Below, in pieces: positions 29,332-38,840 of a DNA stretch of 38,885 nucleotides. The position numbers and the translations under genes were made by a program. Source of the stretch: Octopus bimaculoides (taxonomy: Eukaryota); contig NC_068982.1 of NCBI RefSeq assembly GCF_001194135.2, forward strand, positions 64,037,956-64,076,840. Reading direction: 5' to 3'. The notes under the pieces were generated by a model that did no database searches, was not told the origin of the DNA, and worked only from the letters and a program-made list of their open reading frames with translations. Numbering within the stretch: the stretch's first letter is position 1; every line of letters starts with the position of its first letter.

Positions 29332-32300
29332 CATAAAAGGAAATTTAAAATAAATGCAAATGAAGTGTATGGAATATGAAAATTTACCGAGAGAACTGAT
29401 GTCAGCCAACATAAAGAATCCACCTTCTGGAATGGTTGGTTGCATACCAAGATCAAGTAATACATCTGCTAAAGCATCACGTTTCCTTGTAATTTCAAGA
29501 GGTAGTGACTGAAAATAGGACTTGGGTGTGTTTAAATGCTGTAGTTCCTTCTCAAAAGCTATTGCCACAGCTTCCTAAAAAAAAGATAAAAGTAGAAAAA
29601 TCTCAGAATGGTTTGAAGAAGTATACATATATAATAAGCATCTGAAGCAAGATGATCCATTTAATTTATTTCAAGTTTCAGGATTTTGTACATTCCACCT
29701 CAAATTGGGATGGCACCTGTGCCCAGCGTCGCCTAATCGGGATGGCGCCTGTGCCCAGCGTCGCCTTTCTGGCACTTGTGCCCATGACATGTGTAAGGAT
29801 TTTCAAGCGAGATTGTTGCCAGTGCCCCTGGACTGGCTCTTGTGCGGGTGGCACATGAAATACACCATTTTGAGCGTGGCCATTGCCAATACTGCCTGAC
29901 TGGCCTTTGTGTGGGTGACACGTAAAAGCACCCACTACACTCTCTGAGTGGTTGGCGTTAGGAAGGGCATCCAGCTGCAGAAACTTTGCCAAATCAGATT
30001 GGAGCCTGGCGTAACCATCTGGTTTCACCAGTCCTCAGTCAAATCGTCNNNNNNNNNNNNNNNNNNNNNNNNNNNNNNNNNNNNNNNNNNNNNNNNNNNN
30101 NNNNNNNNNNNNNNNNNNNNNNNNNNNNNNNNNNNNNNNNNNNNNNNNNNNNNNNNNNNNNNNNNNNNNNNNNNNNNNNNNNNNNNNNNNNNNNNNNNNN
30201 NNNNNNNNNNNNNNNNNNNNNNNNNNNNNNNNNNNNNNNNNNNNNNNNNNNNNNNNNNNNNNNNNNNNNNNNNNNNNNNNNNNNNNNNNNNNNNNNNNNN
30301 ATATATATACTCTTTGTACTATTAAATAAATTAATATATTTTTATGTATGCATATATGTATCTATGTTTAGTTATTTTATTTTAGTAAAGTAATCATTTT
30401 ATTATAAAATTACTTCATAATTCACTTCCACTTCCTTTTAGAATAAAACTGCAAATTTTTTTTTTCTAAATTTTATAAGTTCATATATAGGAAAACGTGG
30501 ATCATTAAAGGTTGCTGATGTATTTGTGACTGGGTCTTTACCAGTTACAGGAGGCCTTCTTTTGGATATGGTCAGGTTGTTTATGTAGCCACAATACCAT
30601 TTCAGATATAGGAGGGGCAGGAGAGAGATGATATATTATTAACAACCACTTCCACTATTTAGAAATATTAAAGCAACCAAGATATGTTCACCCTAGGTAT
30701 GTGTGTGTATGGTGGAGACTGTGGATTACAGAATGAATTTTTTTTAACTGTTTTGTTGAATGTGTATATTGTTGAGTTGGAAGTAAAACAGGCAGAAAAA
30801 CTATTCTCAGCAATAGTTTTGCTTATGGAGCCATCTTGGTTGAGGAGTGTGTGACAGAGCACTAGTGCATTGAGAGAAACGTTAGGCATAAAAGGAATTA
30901 GATGCAGTGTGCTAGTTTGGTCATGTGATGCATATGGATGAGGACATAAAGAAGTGTTGATTACCAAAAATAGATGGAAGTTGTGGAAGAAGGAACACAT
31001 GGAACAAAGTACTGAAGATCTCAAAACGTAGAGCCTTACAAAAGAGATGACAAAAGACTAAGGTATATAGTGCATTCCTGCATTCGAGATGACCCACTCA
31101 CCACAACAGAACAGAATAGAACTGATATCTTAAAACCACCTTGGTAATGCATGCCCATTAAGGGCACTGGTGGCGGCGCCACATAAAATGCACTGGTGCC
31201 AGTACCACATAGAAAGAACTGGTGCTGGTACCAAATAGAAAGCAACCAGTATACTTCATAAAGTGATTGGCATTAGGAAGGGCATCTAGCTGTAGAAACC
31301 AAGCCAAAACAGAATATGGAACCCGGTGCAACTCTTGACATTGTCATCTCCTGTCAAGCTGTCCAACCCATGCCAGCAAGGTGATGATGATGATGAAAGT
31401 TGGTAGAGATACTGTTGGCATGGAAGCAAAAGAATAGCTATAATTTGAGAGTTTGTAGGTGTGTGTTGCAAAAAGACATCTTTTGTATTTTGGATGATAG
31501 TCTTGCAGAATTTAAATCACTGGGTAACAGCTGCAGTGGAGGAGCATTTCTTCAAGGGTTACAATTCGTGTCCTTCACTTGTACTGTTGCAGCTCAGCTG
31601 TGCTTAAATTACTTGGAAGAGTTGGGGTTATTTGTATTAGTTGCATGAGGGATTTGAAGAGATATGAATAAGGTGATGCTTTTGGTCACATGTTTAGCTC
31701 TCTTGGATAGTTGGCATAAAATTGGAAGAACTCCAACATGAAGTACCATAGGGTTTAGGGAGGTGAGGACTTGATCAGACAGAGAAGTTATCAAGTTATA
31801 AAACAAATACTTCTCTTTATATAGTCTAAAATTAGCATATAAAACAGCAAAAAAATTCCTGTGATACACAGAATGTGTGCATAAGATGCTACAATAAATG
31901 ACAAATTCAGCTACAGCCATTGTATGATTTTACTAAGACAACATACAATAGTTATACACAACTAATGCTGCTTCAGTCTGAGTGATGAAAGGTTACACTA
32001 TAGTTAAACATTTTTAGTATAAAGTTCTTGCTTTGTGTGGTAAAATGGATCTAAAACAGTCAAAACAAAGATTATTATATTCATGTATTTTTCATTTTGG
32101 AAACCAAATTTTTACCGCCATAAACAAATAAATGTTATAGTTACTTGTGTAATAGTTGGTACATGATAAACACTGTTCTGGTGTACAACCATAGCAGAAG
32201 TAATAAGTTCAGCAGGTCCAATTGTCCAGCCAGTCTTCCAGCCAGTTGCACAAAATGTTTTTCCAGCACTGCCAACGGTTAGAGTTCTCTCCCACATTCC

Positions 32301-35300
32301 AGGAATTGTGGCTGATAAAATGAAATAAAAAGTAAATTTTATCAGACTTTTAATATTAATTTCTTACATCTAAGTAGAAACATAATTTAATAGGTGAGCA
32401 GTGTAACCATGTTGCTTGGTATCCCAAGAAGAATGACAGGCAAAAAAAAAACATCTACCAAATTGGAACAAAATGAAAAATTGATTTCTAACATTTGCAC
32501 TGAAAGAGAACAATCACAAAGATAAGTGGCCAAAATGGAGTTCCTTCAGAGAATAACTTCAGTAACAACACTCAACAGAGTGCACAGATTCAGAGATCAA
32601 AGAGTCATTCCAGGTCTTGCGTCTAGCCACTATTTTGCATTGAGATTGAGAAATCAATTTCAGTACTACACACGTCTGAGGAAAGAACTGTAGAGATATT
32701 TTATGGACAAGGTCAACCAACAGATCTAAGAGTAGACCACAAGGAAATGGTCAAATAATATCCTCGTCTGGTCTCACTTGGGGATCCAACTGGAACATTT
32801 GCTGACAGTTGCTTCTGATAGTGCTCTATGAAGGATGTGTCTGAGGACTCTGCTCCCACAGCCTTGACGTGAACAGTGAGCTATGAAGGTGGATGGATAA
32901 ATGGACAAACATGTGTACAGGGCCACAGATTTTGGTGGTAAGACTATTGGGAATTAAATTGCTATCATTACTTGATCGGCACTTTATATTATGTAGCATG
33001 GAAGGGTAAAAGACGAAATTGAATTTGAACTGTGAACATAAAAGACCATAATTAAATGCTGCAAAGCATTTCATTTCATGCTCCAACCATTCTATGAATT
33101 TACCAAAACAAAGAAAGAACCTGTATATGGTTGCTCGACCTGCTAGAAATAGTAGCCAAATATTTTTCAAATAACTTACCATCATAACCTATCCACATAC
33201 CTAGGGTGAACATATCTTGGTTGCTTTAATATTTCTAAATAGTGGAAGTGGTTGTTAATAATATATCATCTCTCTCCTGCCCCTCCTATATCTGAAATGG
33301 TATTGTGGCTACATAAACAACCTGACCATATCCAAAAGAAGGCCTCCTGTAACTGGTAAAGACCCAGTCACAAATACATCAGCAACCTTTAATGATCCAC
33401 GTTTTCCTATATATGAACTTATAAAATTTAGAAAAAAAAAATTTGCAGTTTTATTCTAAAAGGAAGTGGAAGTGAATTATGAAGTAATTTTATAATAAAA
33501 TGATTACTTTACTAAAATAAAATAACTAAACATAGATACATATATGCATACATAAAAATATATTNNNNNNNNNNNNNNNNNNNNNNNNNNNNNNNNNNNN
33601 NNNNNNNNNNNNNNNNNNNNNNNNNNNNNNNNNNNNNNNNNNNNNNNNNNNNNNNNNNNNNNNNNNNNNNNNNNNNNNNNNNNNNNNNNNNNNNNNNNNN
33701 NNNNNNNNNNNNNNNNNNNNNNNNNNNNNNNNNNNNNNNNNNNNNNNNNNNNNNNNNNNNNNNNNNNNNNNNNNNNNNNNNNNNNNNNNNNNNNNNNNNN
33801 NNNNNNNNNNNNNNNNNNNNNNNNNNNNTCATCATCATCATCATCATCGTTTAACGTCTGCTTTCCATGCTAGCATGGGTTGGACGATTTGACTGAGGAC
33901 TGGTGAAACCAGATGGTTACGCCAGGCTCCAATCTGATTTGGCAAAGTTTCTACAGCTGGATGCCCTTCCTAACGCCAACCACTCAGAGAGTGTAGTGGG
34001 TGCTTTTACGTGTCACCCACACGAAGGCCAGTCAGGCGGTATTGGCAATGGCCACGCTCAAAATGGTGTATTTCATGTGCCACCCGCACAAGAGCCAGTC
34101 CAGGGGCACTGGCAACGATCTCGCTCGGAAATCCTTACACATGTCATGGGCACAAGTGCCAGCAAAGGACACTTTGGACAATGCAACGTGAGACATACTA
34201 AAAAAAAAATACCATGGATGGTTACAACTACAACAGTATTTAACATAAGTTTTACTGACCAGGGCTGACTTGGGGCTAAATAAAGCAAATTTTGGTTTCA
34301 AATTTTGGCACAAGACCAGCAAGCTTCAGGGAGGGGGTAAGTTGATTACAGAGACCCCAGAACTAAACTGGTACTTATTTTATTGACTCCAAAAGAATGA
34401 AAGTCAAAGTCCACCTTGGTGGAATTTGAACTCAGAACTTAAGGACAGACAAAATGCCACTAAGTATTTTGCTTAGCATGGTAACAATTCTTCCAGCTCA
34501 CCACCCTAATAACAAATATTGCACAAAAGGGTTTACAGTGTCAATCTGGGCACAAATGTTCTTACTACCATTCTGTTGTCATACCCATCATCATCATTAC
34601 ATTCAAACACTTACCAATTTTGAGATGCTTATTTCCATCGTAAGTGAGCCATTCATAAACTTCATCAGAAATACATAATACATCATGCTTTATACATAAG
34701 GCAGCTATCATCTCCAGCTCAGATCGACTGAAAACCTAATGGGATTGTATAAAAGTAATTTAAATTCAAATCAGCAAGTCATATGCAGGTTTTATTTAAG
34801 ATAATTGCAAATAATCCAATATTGAATTTAAAAATATAATCAGTAAGATATAAAAAGATGTGAACAGAGTCAAAGCAGCTTTTGTCAAATCTATTTCAAC
34901 TGATGTTTTTGTATCATGGTATTTTATAATAACGGGTATAATATTTGCAGGATCTCATTAGAAAAAGCTTTCAAACATTTATTCAAACAGCTCTTGATGT
35001 TCATTGTATTTGCTATTTTAGTCCTACAACACTGCTTAAGGTCACAGTTGAATATGGTTTTAGAAGGTTAACCTACTTGCTGAACAGCAGTTCACAGAAT
35101 TCTTTACTAAGTATTCCATTTAAGACCATCCAGTGTTTTTTCCTGTGTGCAGAGAACCTAGAATACCATATTATCAGATGTGTTCAGGAAGACATAGCTG
35201 CTAATTCTAACCAGTGTACCTACCATGTAAGCTCACATAAATTTTGATCCAACTTTTTACAAGTACTGGTAATGTTGTTAGAGAGGAACCTATAATAAAG

Positions 35301-38300
35301 GTCCCTGTCAACAGCATAAGGGTTTTTGGTCCTGCCACATGGAACAAATGTCTCGTCTGAATTTTGCACATATAAACTTTCTTTCAGAGACCTTTGAAAG
35401 TTGTTGTTCACATAGCAAAAGTATATCTTTCTTATTAGTTCAAAAATATCCCTTTCAAAAGGTTTTAAGTCCTTAATCACAAAAGAATTTTTTGTTTTTT
35501 TTCTCCAAGATTTAAATCAGTACTTGGAACCAATATTGTCCTGCCATAATCTCATATCGAAAAAATAAGTGCACTGTCTCATTTTCTGAATAAAATCTTC
35601 AATTTTCTCAATCAAATTCTTTAGCTATTGCTTATCTGATGGGATGGGAGTGTTCTTAGGTGAAAAATTCCACTATTATATTTCCATTTTTCAGCTGTTG
35701 CATTTTCCTCTTGTAGAATTGTGCTTGAACTTATAAAAGGAGTGATATACACACAGCAAGAACATAGATGCCAAACAAGGTGGATAATATAGCATTCAAA
35801 TACCAAAGGAAGAGCAAAATAGTATTTAATCGAAACTGGAAAACCTTCACAAACTGTTACTGATTATCAGACAATCATAAATATTTAGAGCAATACTGTG
35901 ATTTATAAATATTCAGAAGTATTTATAAACAATGTAATTTAGTAACTCATCAAATAAACATTCAAAGCTGGTTGAACAGGGCACTGTTACCATTAAAATT
36001 TATTGGATAAAAAACAATTGACTGTAACAGAAAAAACAAGCATTAAGAGCAAATTGAAATTAGTTTAAAACCTCGATAATATAAATCATCTATACTTATT
36101 GATACAGGCATAAAAATATAGCAAATGAAAAAGGCCCTATTAAAGATTAAAGATGTAAAAAGATATGTTAAAAAGATACTATAGAGTAATCAACAAACCT
36201 GTTTCTAATAAAACCCTACCATTTTTAGTAACATTAAAAGTATATTTTTAAATATATAAATAAAACATAAAATGATTTTGCATAGCCGTCATGAAAAGGA
36301 TGATAGTTTTTTTTTTTTTATGTAATCCTTTCCAATGGCCTCACTAACCTGAATAGTGCATTCTCAATAATGAACTAATTCATTCCATTCCTAAGAACTT
36401 TTATTCTCTTCTTTGTAAATAGTGTATCATACTTTTTTTATGCAACTTTTTTATATTCTAATTTTATACACAGCTAGTGAAATAAAAAGGAAAAAATATG
36501 TTTTAAGCAATAAAAATTGAAGTCAAAGGTACATCTATTAAGATCTCCAACCTCTCAGCTAATTAGAACATTTTCAATAATCATGCATCTTACTATAACC
36601 AGGCCTACATCACTAGTGGCTTCTCAGAGAAAATCACCTGTGTTCCCAACACTATGCTGAAAAACAAGTAAGATATGTTGACCCCACATAAAAATCCTAC
36701 TACACCTAAAACTATCTATTCCACTAGCTTGTTTAACACTAAACTCACTATTTACTGTAATAACTGCATATCTACTAAATATGAAACCAGGCCAGTGTCT
36801 AGGAGGTGCATATAAACCACATCTCATGTAAACCACAATCATCTAATATATAGAAGATAAAATATGGAAAATAAGAGGCATGAGATCCTATTGTTCACAT
36901 CTCCATCCTCCTTACAATTTGAAACTCTACCTAAGCTCTTCAACATTAACGACTTCAAATCAAACTTCCCACCCCAACATAAATATTACTCCATTTTTAA
37001 CAGATCCATTATAAGACTTTCTAACCTTGGTTCTGTTTACATATATGTGTGTTGTTTATATATTTGTACATTTCTAGGTTCAGTCCCACTACAAGATACC
37101 TTAACAAGTGTTAGCCTCAGGCTGACTAAAGCCTTGCGAGTGGATTTGGTAGACAGAAACTGAAAGGAGCCCATTATGTTTGTGTGTGTGTTATATATCT
37201 CAGTCCTCTGTCATCTCCTTTGTAATGTTCAGTGTTTTGAGATCAGCCTTCATCCTATGTTTTCCTGGGTCTCTCTCTTCCACAACTTCCCTCCACTTTA
37301 AGTAATCAGTACTTTCTGCAACTATCCTCATCCATCCACATCACATGACCAAACCAGCACAGTCTCCTCTCTTGCACACTGCATATAATTCCTCTTATGC
37401 CCTCACAACACACCAATGCTCTGTCACACTAATAAATATTATTAAATAAGAATGGTATGTATATCTTTTTATTCATATAGTATGTTATTGGTTGCTGGGT
37501 TTCAGTCGTGCTCGGGCACCACCTTTAAGGGATTAGTCTGATTTAGTCAAGCATATTAATTAATCATTGACCATACTTTTAAGTTTGATACTTATTTAGA
37601 CAATGTGTATTTGTTGAACTGTTATATTATGGTACAAAAACAATAACATCAGTTTTATGTGGCATAAACCTGTTTATTGAAAATACAATGCTGCCAGAAG
37701 TAGCACACTACTTAGTATTAAGATGGTTACAATGGAAATGCCATTGGAATTAACCATAAATGATATAAAATAGTATACATTTAAACACAAGAGAAACTGC
37801 AAAAAGAAGTAGTCAAAACGACCAAAACCACATTTAAGAGCAATTCTGAAGGGAATGAAAAATAAAAACTCATACCTGGGTTTCAAATTTTTTTAGCAAA
37901 TAAAATAATTTGCTAGGCAAAATTCTCATCAGTGACCGCGCCATAACACTAACATATAATTAAGAGACAAATAACACATGTTTCATTGTTACATATTATA
38001 ATTCTTCAAATTCACCATGCAAACACAGTTTCAGTTGGCAGTAAATTAATAAATGCTGAACTAATCTTATGTTTTTCTCAATTTTTAGAAGATTAGTTCA
38101 GCATATAGGTATGACCATAATAAAATAATAAGGTAAAAGTTTTTATTTTTCATTCCTTTCAGAATTGCTCTTAAATGTGGTTTTGGTCGTTTTGACTACT
38201 TCTAGCATGTAAAGCTGCTTGTTGAAGGCAGTTTCTCTTGTGTTTAAATGCACACTATTTTATATTGAGAATATGTTGTCTATTGACTTTTTATACAAGC

Positions 38301-38520
38301 TGGGCCACTGGTAGTGAAATTTCTAAAAAAAACTCGCTACCCTATATTTTATATATAATGATATAGACAGACAGACCAAAAAATAACTTACCTTCCCAAC
38401 AGGGTTGCTTGGAGTGTTTAAGATTAATAATTTTGTGTTCTCAGTGAATTTACTAGCAAATTCTTTTTCATCAAGTTTCCATTGGGCACTTGACATCTTG
38501 CCATCAGATGCAGAATCTTT
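24959..38520 (-). CDS. KYAT3: Kynurenine--oxoglutarate transaminase 1/3-like (KAT I/III, glutamine transaminase K / cysteine conjugate beta-lyase family), 5'-partial, last 7 coding exons
   Basis: complement join(38520-38392,34735-34615,32311-32145,29574-29388,26995-26922,25378-25292,25024-24959). GT-AG introns with consistent phases. Fold-type I PLP motifs: LNTPSNPVGK, ISDEVYEW, GSAGKTFCATGWKTGW (PLP lysine), IPEGGFF, YIRLCFMK. KYAT1 versus KYAT3 cannot be decided by eye; it is probably a co-ortholog of both. Confidence 0.93.
25292..25378 (-). CDS. KYAT3: KYAT exon (RFAAIPPSAFYSFDHKHLGEKYIRLCFMK)
   Basis: 87 nt; AIP.S.FY and YIR.CF motifs (substrate carboxylate-binding Arg). Confidence 0.93.
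25800..26185 (-). mobile_element. SINE family A, older copy
   Basis: Same layout as the other copies, more substitutions. Confidence 0.82.
26922..26995 (-). CDS. KYAT3: KYAT exon (GITIPEDGTDDPKDFKFVRWLIKEK)
   Basis: 74 nt, phase 1 to phase 0; D..FV.W.IK motif; donor GTTAGA. Confidence 0.88.
27030..28020 (-). mobile_element. Decayed Ty3/Gypsy-like LTR-retrotransposon pol fragment (RT end, RNase H, integrase)
   Basis: RLFSMCRKLVDHYSVAG*LKIACSYIK; RNase H VWCDASS...RINVAELDAVLKG; integrase WKRLAIDVMHY...GPVDELLIDNNTVFCS. The RH-INT order fits Gypsy/BEL rather than Copia. No LTRs seen. Confidence 0.75.
28880..29252 (-). mobile_element. tRNA-derived SINE family A
   Basis: Head ataggcgcaggagtggctgtgtggtaag...ggttcagtccc on the minus strand. 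Confidence 0.9.
29297..29330. repeat. A34 homopolymer (U34 in the KYAT pre-mRNA)
   Basis: Direct reading; 57 nt into the intron after the exon that ends at 29388. Confidence 0.95.
29388..29574 (-). CDS. KYAT3: KYAT exon (EAVAIAFEKELQHL...IPEGGFFMLADISSL)
   Basis: 187 nt, acceptor ttttAG, donor GTAAAT. Confidence 0.93.
29705..30048 (+). mobile_element. Family C repeat, tail hidden in the N-gap; outer part of the left arm of the inverted duplication
   Basis: Same body as 18305-18643, with a 32-nt internal tandem duplication near 29709-29772. Confidence 0.85.
30333..30703. repeat. Left 371-bp arm of an inverted repeat (partner 33194-33564)
   Basis: Read base by base; I found no mismatch to the reverse complement of 33194-33564. 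Confidence 0.93.
30845..31398 (+). mobile_element. RTE LINE 3' end: ORF terminus, 3'UTR and (GAT)n tail
   Basis: LGIKGIRCSV...FGHVMHMDED...GSCGR...DLKT..LTKEMT.D, then ggcattaggaagggcatc...ccaacccatgccagc...gatgatgatgatg. Confidence 0.72.
32145..32311 (-). CDS. KYAT3: KYAT catalytic exon with PLP-binding lysine (ATIPGMWERTLTVGSAGKTFCATGWKTGW...HQNSVYHVPTITQ)
   Basis: 167 nt, acceptor ttatcAG, donor GTAACT. Confidence 0.95.
32520..32845 (+). mobile_element. Decayed RTE-like LINE 3' fragment
   Basis: MEFLQRITSVTTLNRV...SRP.GKWSNNILVWSHLGIQ.EHL..VASD remnants. Confidence 0.45.
33194..33564. repeat. Right 371-bp arm of an inverted repeat (partner 30333-30703)
   Basis: Exact reverse complement of the left arm; ends at an N-gap. 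Confidence 0.93.
33829..34168 (-). mobile_element. Family C repeat; outer part of the right arm of the inverted duplication
   Basis: 6 differences over 280 nt from the reverse complement of 29769-30048. Confidence 0.85.
34250..34506 (-). mobile_element. tRNA-derived SINE of a fourth family (decayed relatives near 16020-16130 on + and 33000-33100 on -)
   Basis: Minus strand: ggtgagctggaagaa...gagttcaaattccacc...ctttcattcttttggagtcaataaaataagtaccagt. Confidence 0.7.
34615..34735 (-). CDS. KYAT3: KYAT exon (VFSRSELEMIAALCIKHDVLCISDEVYEWLTYDGNKHLKI)
   Basis: 121 nt, DEVY motif, donor GTAAGT. Not in the supplied ORF track. Confidence 0.93.
34850..35700 (-). mobile_element. Penelope-like element, N-terminal ORF remnant
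   Basis: Decayed frames S.KNTPIPSDKQ*LKNLIEKIEDFIQKMR..YFF...FKS...KDLKPFERDIFELIRKIYF...NNFQ..LK...TKN.Y...Y...NNIT..KK resemble the N-terminal region of aquatic-invertebrate PLE ORFs. Confidence 0.68.
37073..37195 (+). mobile_element. SINE family A fragment (B box to microsatellite)
   Basis: ggttcagtcccact...gagtggatttggtagacagaaactgaaagg. Confidence 0.7.
37200..37425 (-). mobile_element. RTE LINE ORF terminus fragment
   Basis: GIRGIICSVQERRLCWFGHVMWMDEDSC...VEGSCGRERPRKT*...DLKTLNITKEMTED. Confidence 0.7.
37763..38265. repeat. Fold-back element: inverted arms 37763-37877 and 38107-38265 with two ~20-24 nt indels
   Basis: For example agaagtagtcaaaacgaccaaaaccacatttaagagcaattctgaa pairs with ttcagaattgctcttaaatgtggttttggtcgttttgactacttct. 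Confidence 0.9.
38392..38520 (-). CDS. KYAT3: KYAT exon (KDSASDGKMSSAQWKLDEKEFASKFTENTKLLILNTPSNPVGK)
   Basis: 129 nt, acceptor tttccAG, donor GTAAGT; NTP.NP motif. Confidence 0.93.
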
Positions 38521-38581
38521 CTGGAAAAATGAAAAAAAGATGTTAGCACAGTACATATATGTTTGCCTATGAATGTTTGCT

Positions 38582-38620
<39 letters not shown>

Positions 38621-38624
<4 letters not shown>

Positions 38625-38840
38625 AAATAATAAGGTACTCAGATATATGAATGGTTGTACATTTACAGATTTTTATTAATATTAGCGCTTCCACCTATTC
38701 TTGTAGGTTCTTCAAATATGATATATTTGAAGAACCTACAAGAATAGGTGCAAGCACTAATATTTATAAACCATGTGACATATTAATAAAAATTTGTAAA
38801 TGTACAACCAGCCAGATATCTGAGTACCTTACTATTTTTC
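38621..38840. repeat. 220-bp imperfect palindrome with a 3-nt loop at 38720-38722
   Basis: Inner 41-bp stem with 2 mismatches, a ~20-nt bulge, a 30-bp stem with 1 mismatch, then a 15-bp stem. Confidence 0.93.

Noticed and set aside
33892-33915. CTGAGGA-ctggt-GAAAC in family C copies looks like a hammerhead core
   Set aside because: Only 5 nt separate the two core halves, so no stem II can form. It is also antisense to the repeat's own transcript.
36600-37030. C/A versus G/T strand-skewed block suggesting a mitochondrial insertion (numt)
   Set aside because: No mitochondrial protein or rRNA motif emerged in any frame with the invertebrate mitochondrial code. It could equally be a decayed LINE RT. 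BLASTN against cephalopod mtDNA would settle it.
37674-37886. Hydrophobic 70-aa ORF with CGFGRF, reminiscent of SV2/MFS transporters
   Set aside because: Starts at TTG, lies inside an inverted-repeat arm whose sister copy is interrupted by a stop, and I found no other exons of such a gene.
5977-38520. Both assembled coding sequences in the window total exactly 831 nt
   Set aside because: Coincidence; the KYAT total is only the part that falls inside the window.
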